Shown here: positions 63,203 through 64,000 of the stretch, piece by piece | How positions within the stretch are numbered: the first letter of the stretch is position 1 | Layout: every line of letters starts with the position of its first letter | From: Ruditapes philippinarum | Taxonomy: Eukaryota | Length of the DNA stretch: 64,000 nucleotides | Assembly (NCBI RefSeq): GCF_026571515.1 | Contig: NW_026861885.1 | Coordinates: forward strand, 1-64,000 | Direction of reading: 5' to 3' | Made by a program: the position numbers and the translations under genes | Notes under the pieces: model-generated | Told to the model about the DNA's origin: nothing | Seen by the model: the letters and a program-made list of their open reading frames with translations, nothing else | The model's database searches: none

Positions 63203-64000
63203 ATTTTCCTTTTTGCTAATGAATCAAATGTTGTTTTTTTTTGAAAATCGTATATGTCAATTAACGTGAATAAAAGTTTGGTGTTTTATCTATAATATAT
63301 GATTGGGCTTCTTATTTAAAGCTATATGAATGTGGTAAAAGGTATAATCATGTAAAAGTGTAAAAACATGAAACATATTAATACATGTAAATCTATGATT
63401 TACTACAAGAGGCCATTAACAGACACGGTCAAACAGAGCCTGAAACATTTTCAGGTTAGCCGTGTTAGGCTTTCTTTAAGATTCTCACTTTATCTATTTT
63501 ATTACTTTTTACTGTAAATGACTTTCATTTGAGTGAATTTGCTTTGGTTATGGACATTAGAGCATAAGGGTGAGACATATTAAATGTATCCAGGTGTTCC
63601 CAAATGTACATAACAAACATATGGTACGTAGAATTCATGCAAGCTTCACAAAATTTGGGGATCCTATAGATACGATTATAATGGGTCTATTACCCTTGCT
63701 TCATGTGCTTGTTTATAGACATTTGAATGTTAAGATAATTTTACTAAGCTAATATATAAACATTGCTCTTATATAGAGATGGTTGTTCAAAATCAATTTG
63801 CTTAATTATCCATTCACCTTTGACATGAAACAAATGAAATAAACTGCATCTTATCCATATCTTTTCAATTCTTTGTCAGTTAAAAGAAAAGCTGTTAACT
63901 TTGTTCACTGTTTTCAAACTTATACAACTATCAACGTTTTGTTCTGAAATTAAAGACAGCTCATCGCCCATTTTAGTGGTAGACACATATTTTACACGCA

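Overview
AT-rich, intron-rich animal DNA; the repeat families and gene content suggest a bivalve mollusc (inference). It is not prokaryotic, so the ORF track mostly shows exon fragments and noise. Bases 1-9.5 kb are mainly decayed transposons: the 3' end of an RLE-type (HERO-like) non-LTR element, a Ngaro-type tyrosine-recombinase retrotransposon with an SGNH hydrolase, two CR1/L2-group LINEs and Sola-like MITEs. A 5-coding-exon METTL27/WBSCR27-like methyltransferase follows (9617-13692). From 15.4 to 62.9 kb there is a tandem array of seven apparently intact multi-exon paralogs (A-G), which I rebuilt by hand from GT-AG junctions. They share a Mieap/SPATA18-type C-terminal domain, the same four-exon core with fixed intron phases and a short N-terminal helical motif; the linker between these parts varies widely. 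Six are on +; gene B is on - and is almost invisible in the ORF track. The most notable observations are: (1) the seven-gene array, with IRF-ETS composite-like motifs upstream of five members and a possible GrpE-like fold; (2) all three hammerhead-ribozyme core strands in the retrotransposon 3' UTR, in a reversed order that would need a pseudoknot or a dimer. All family names come from recognising motifs by eye; no database search was run.
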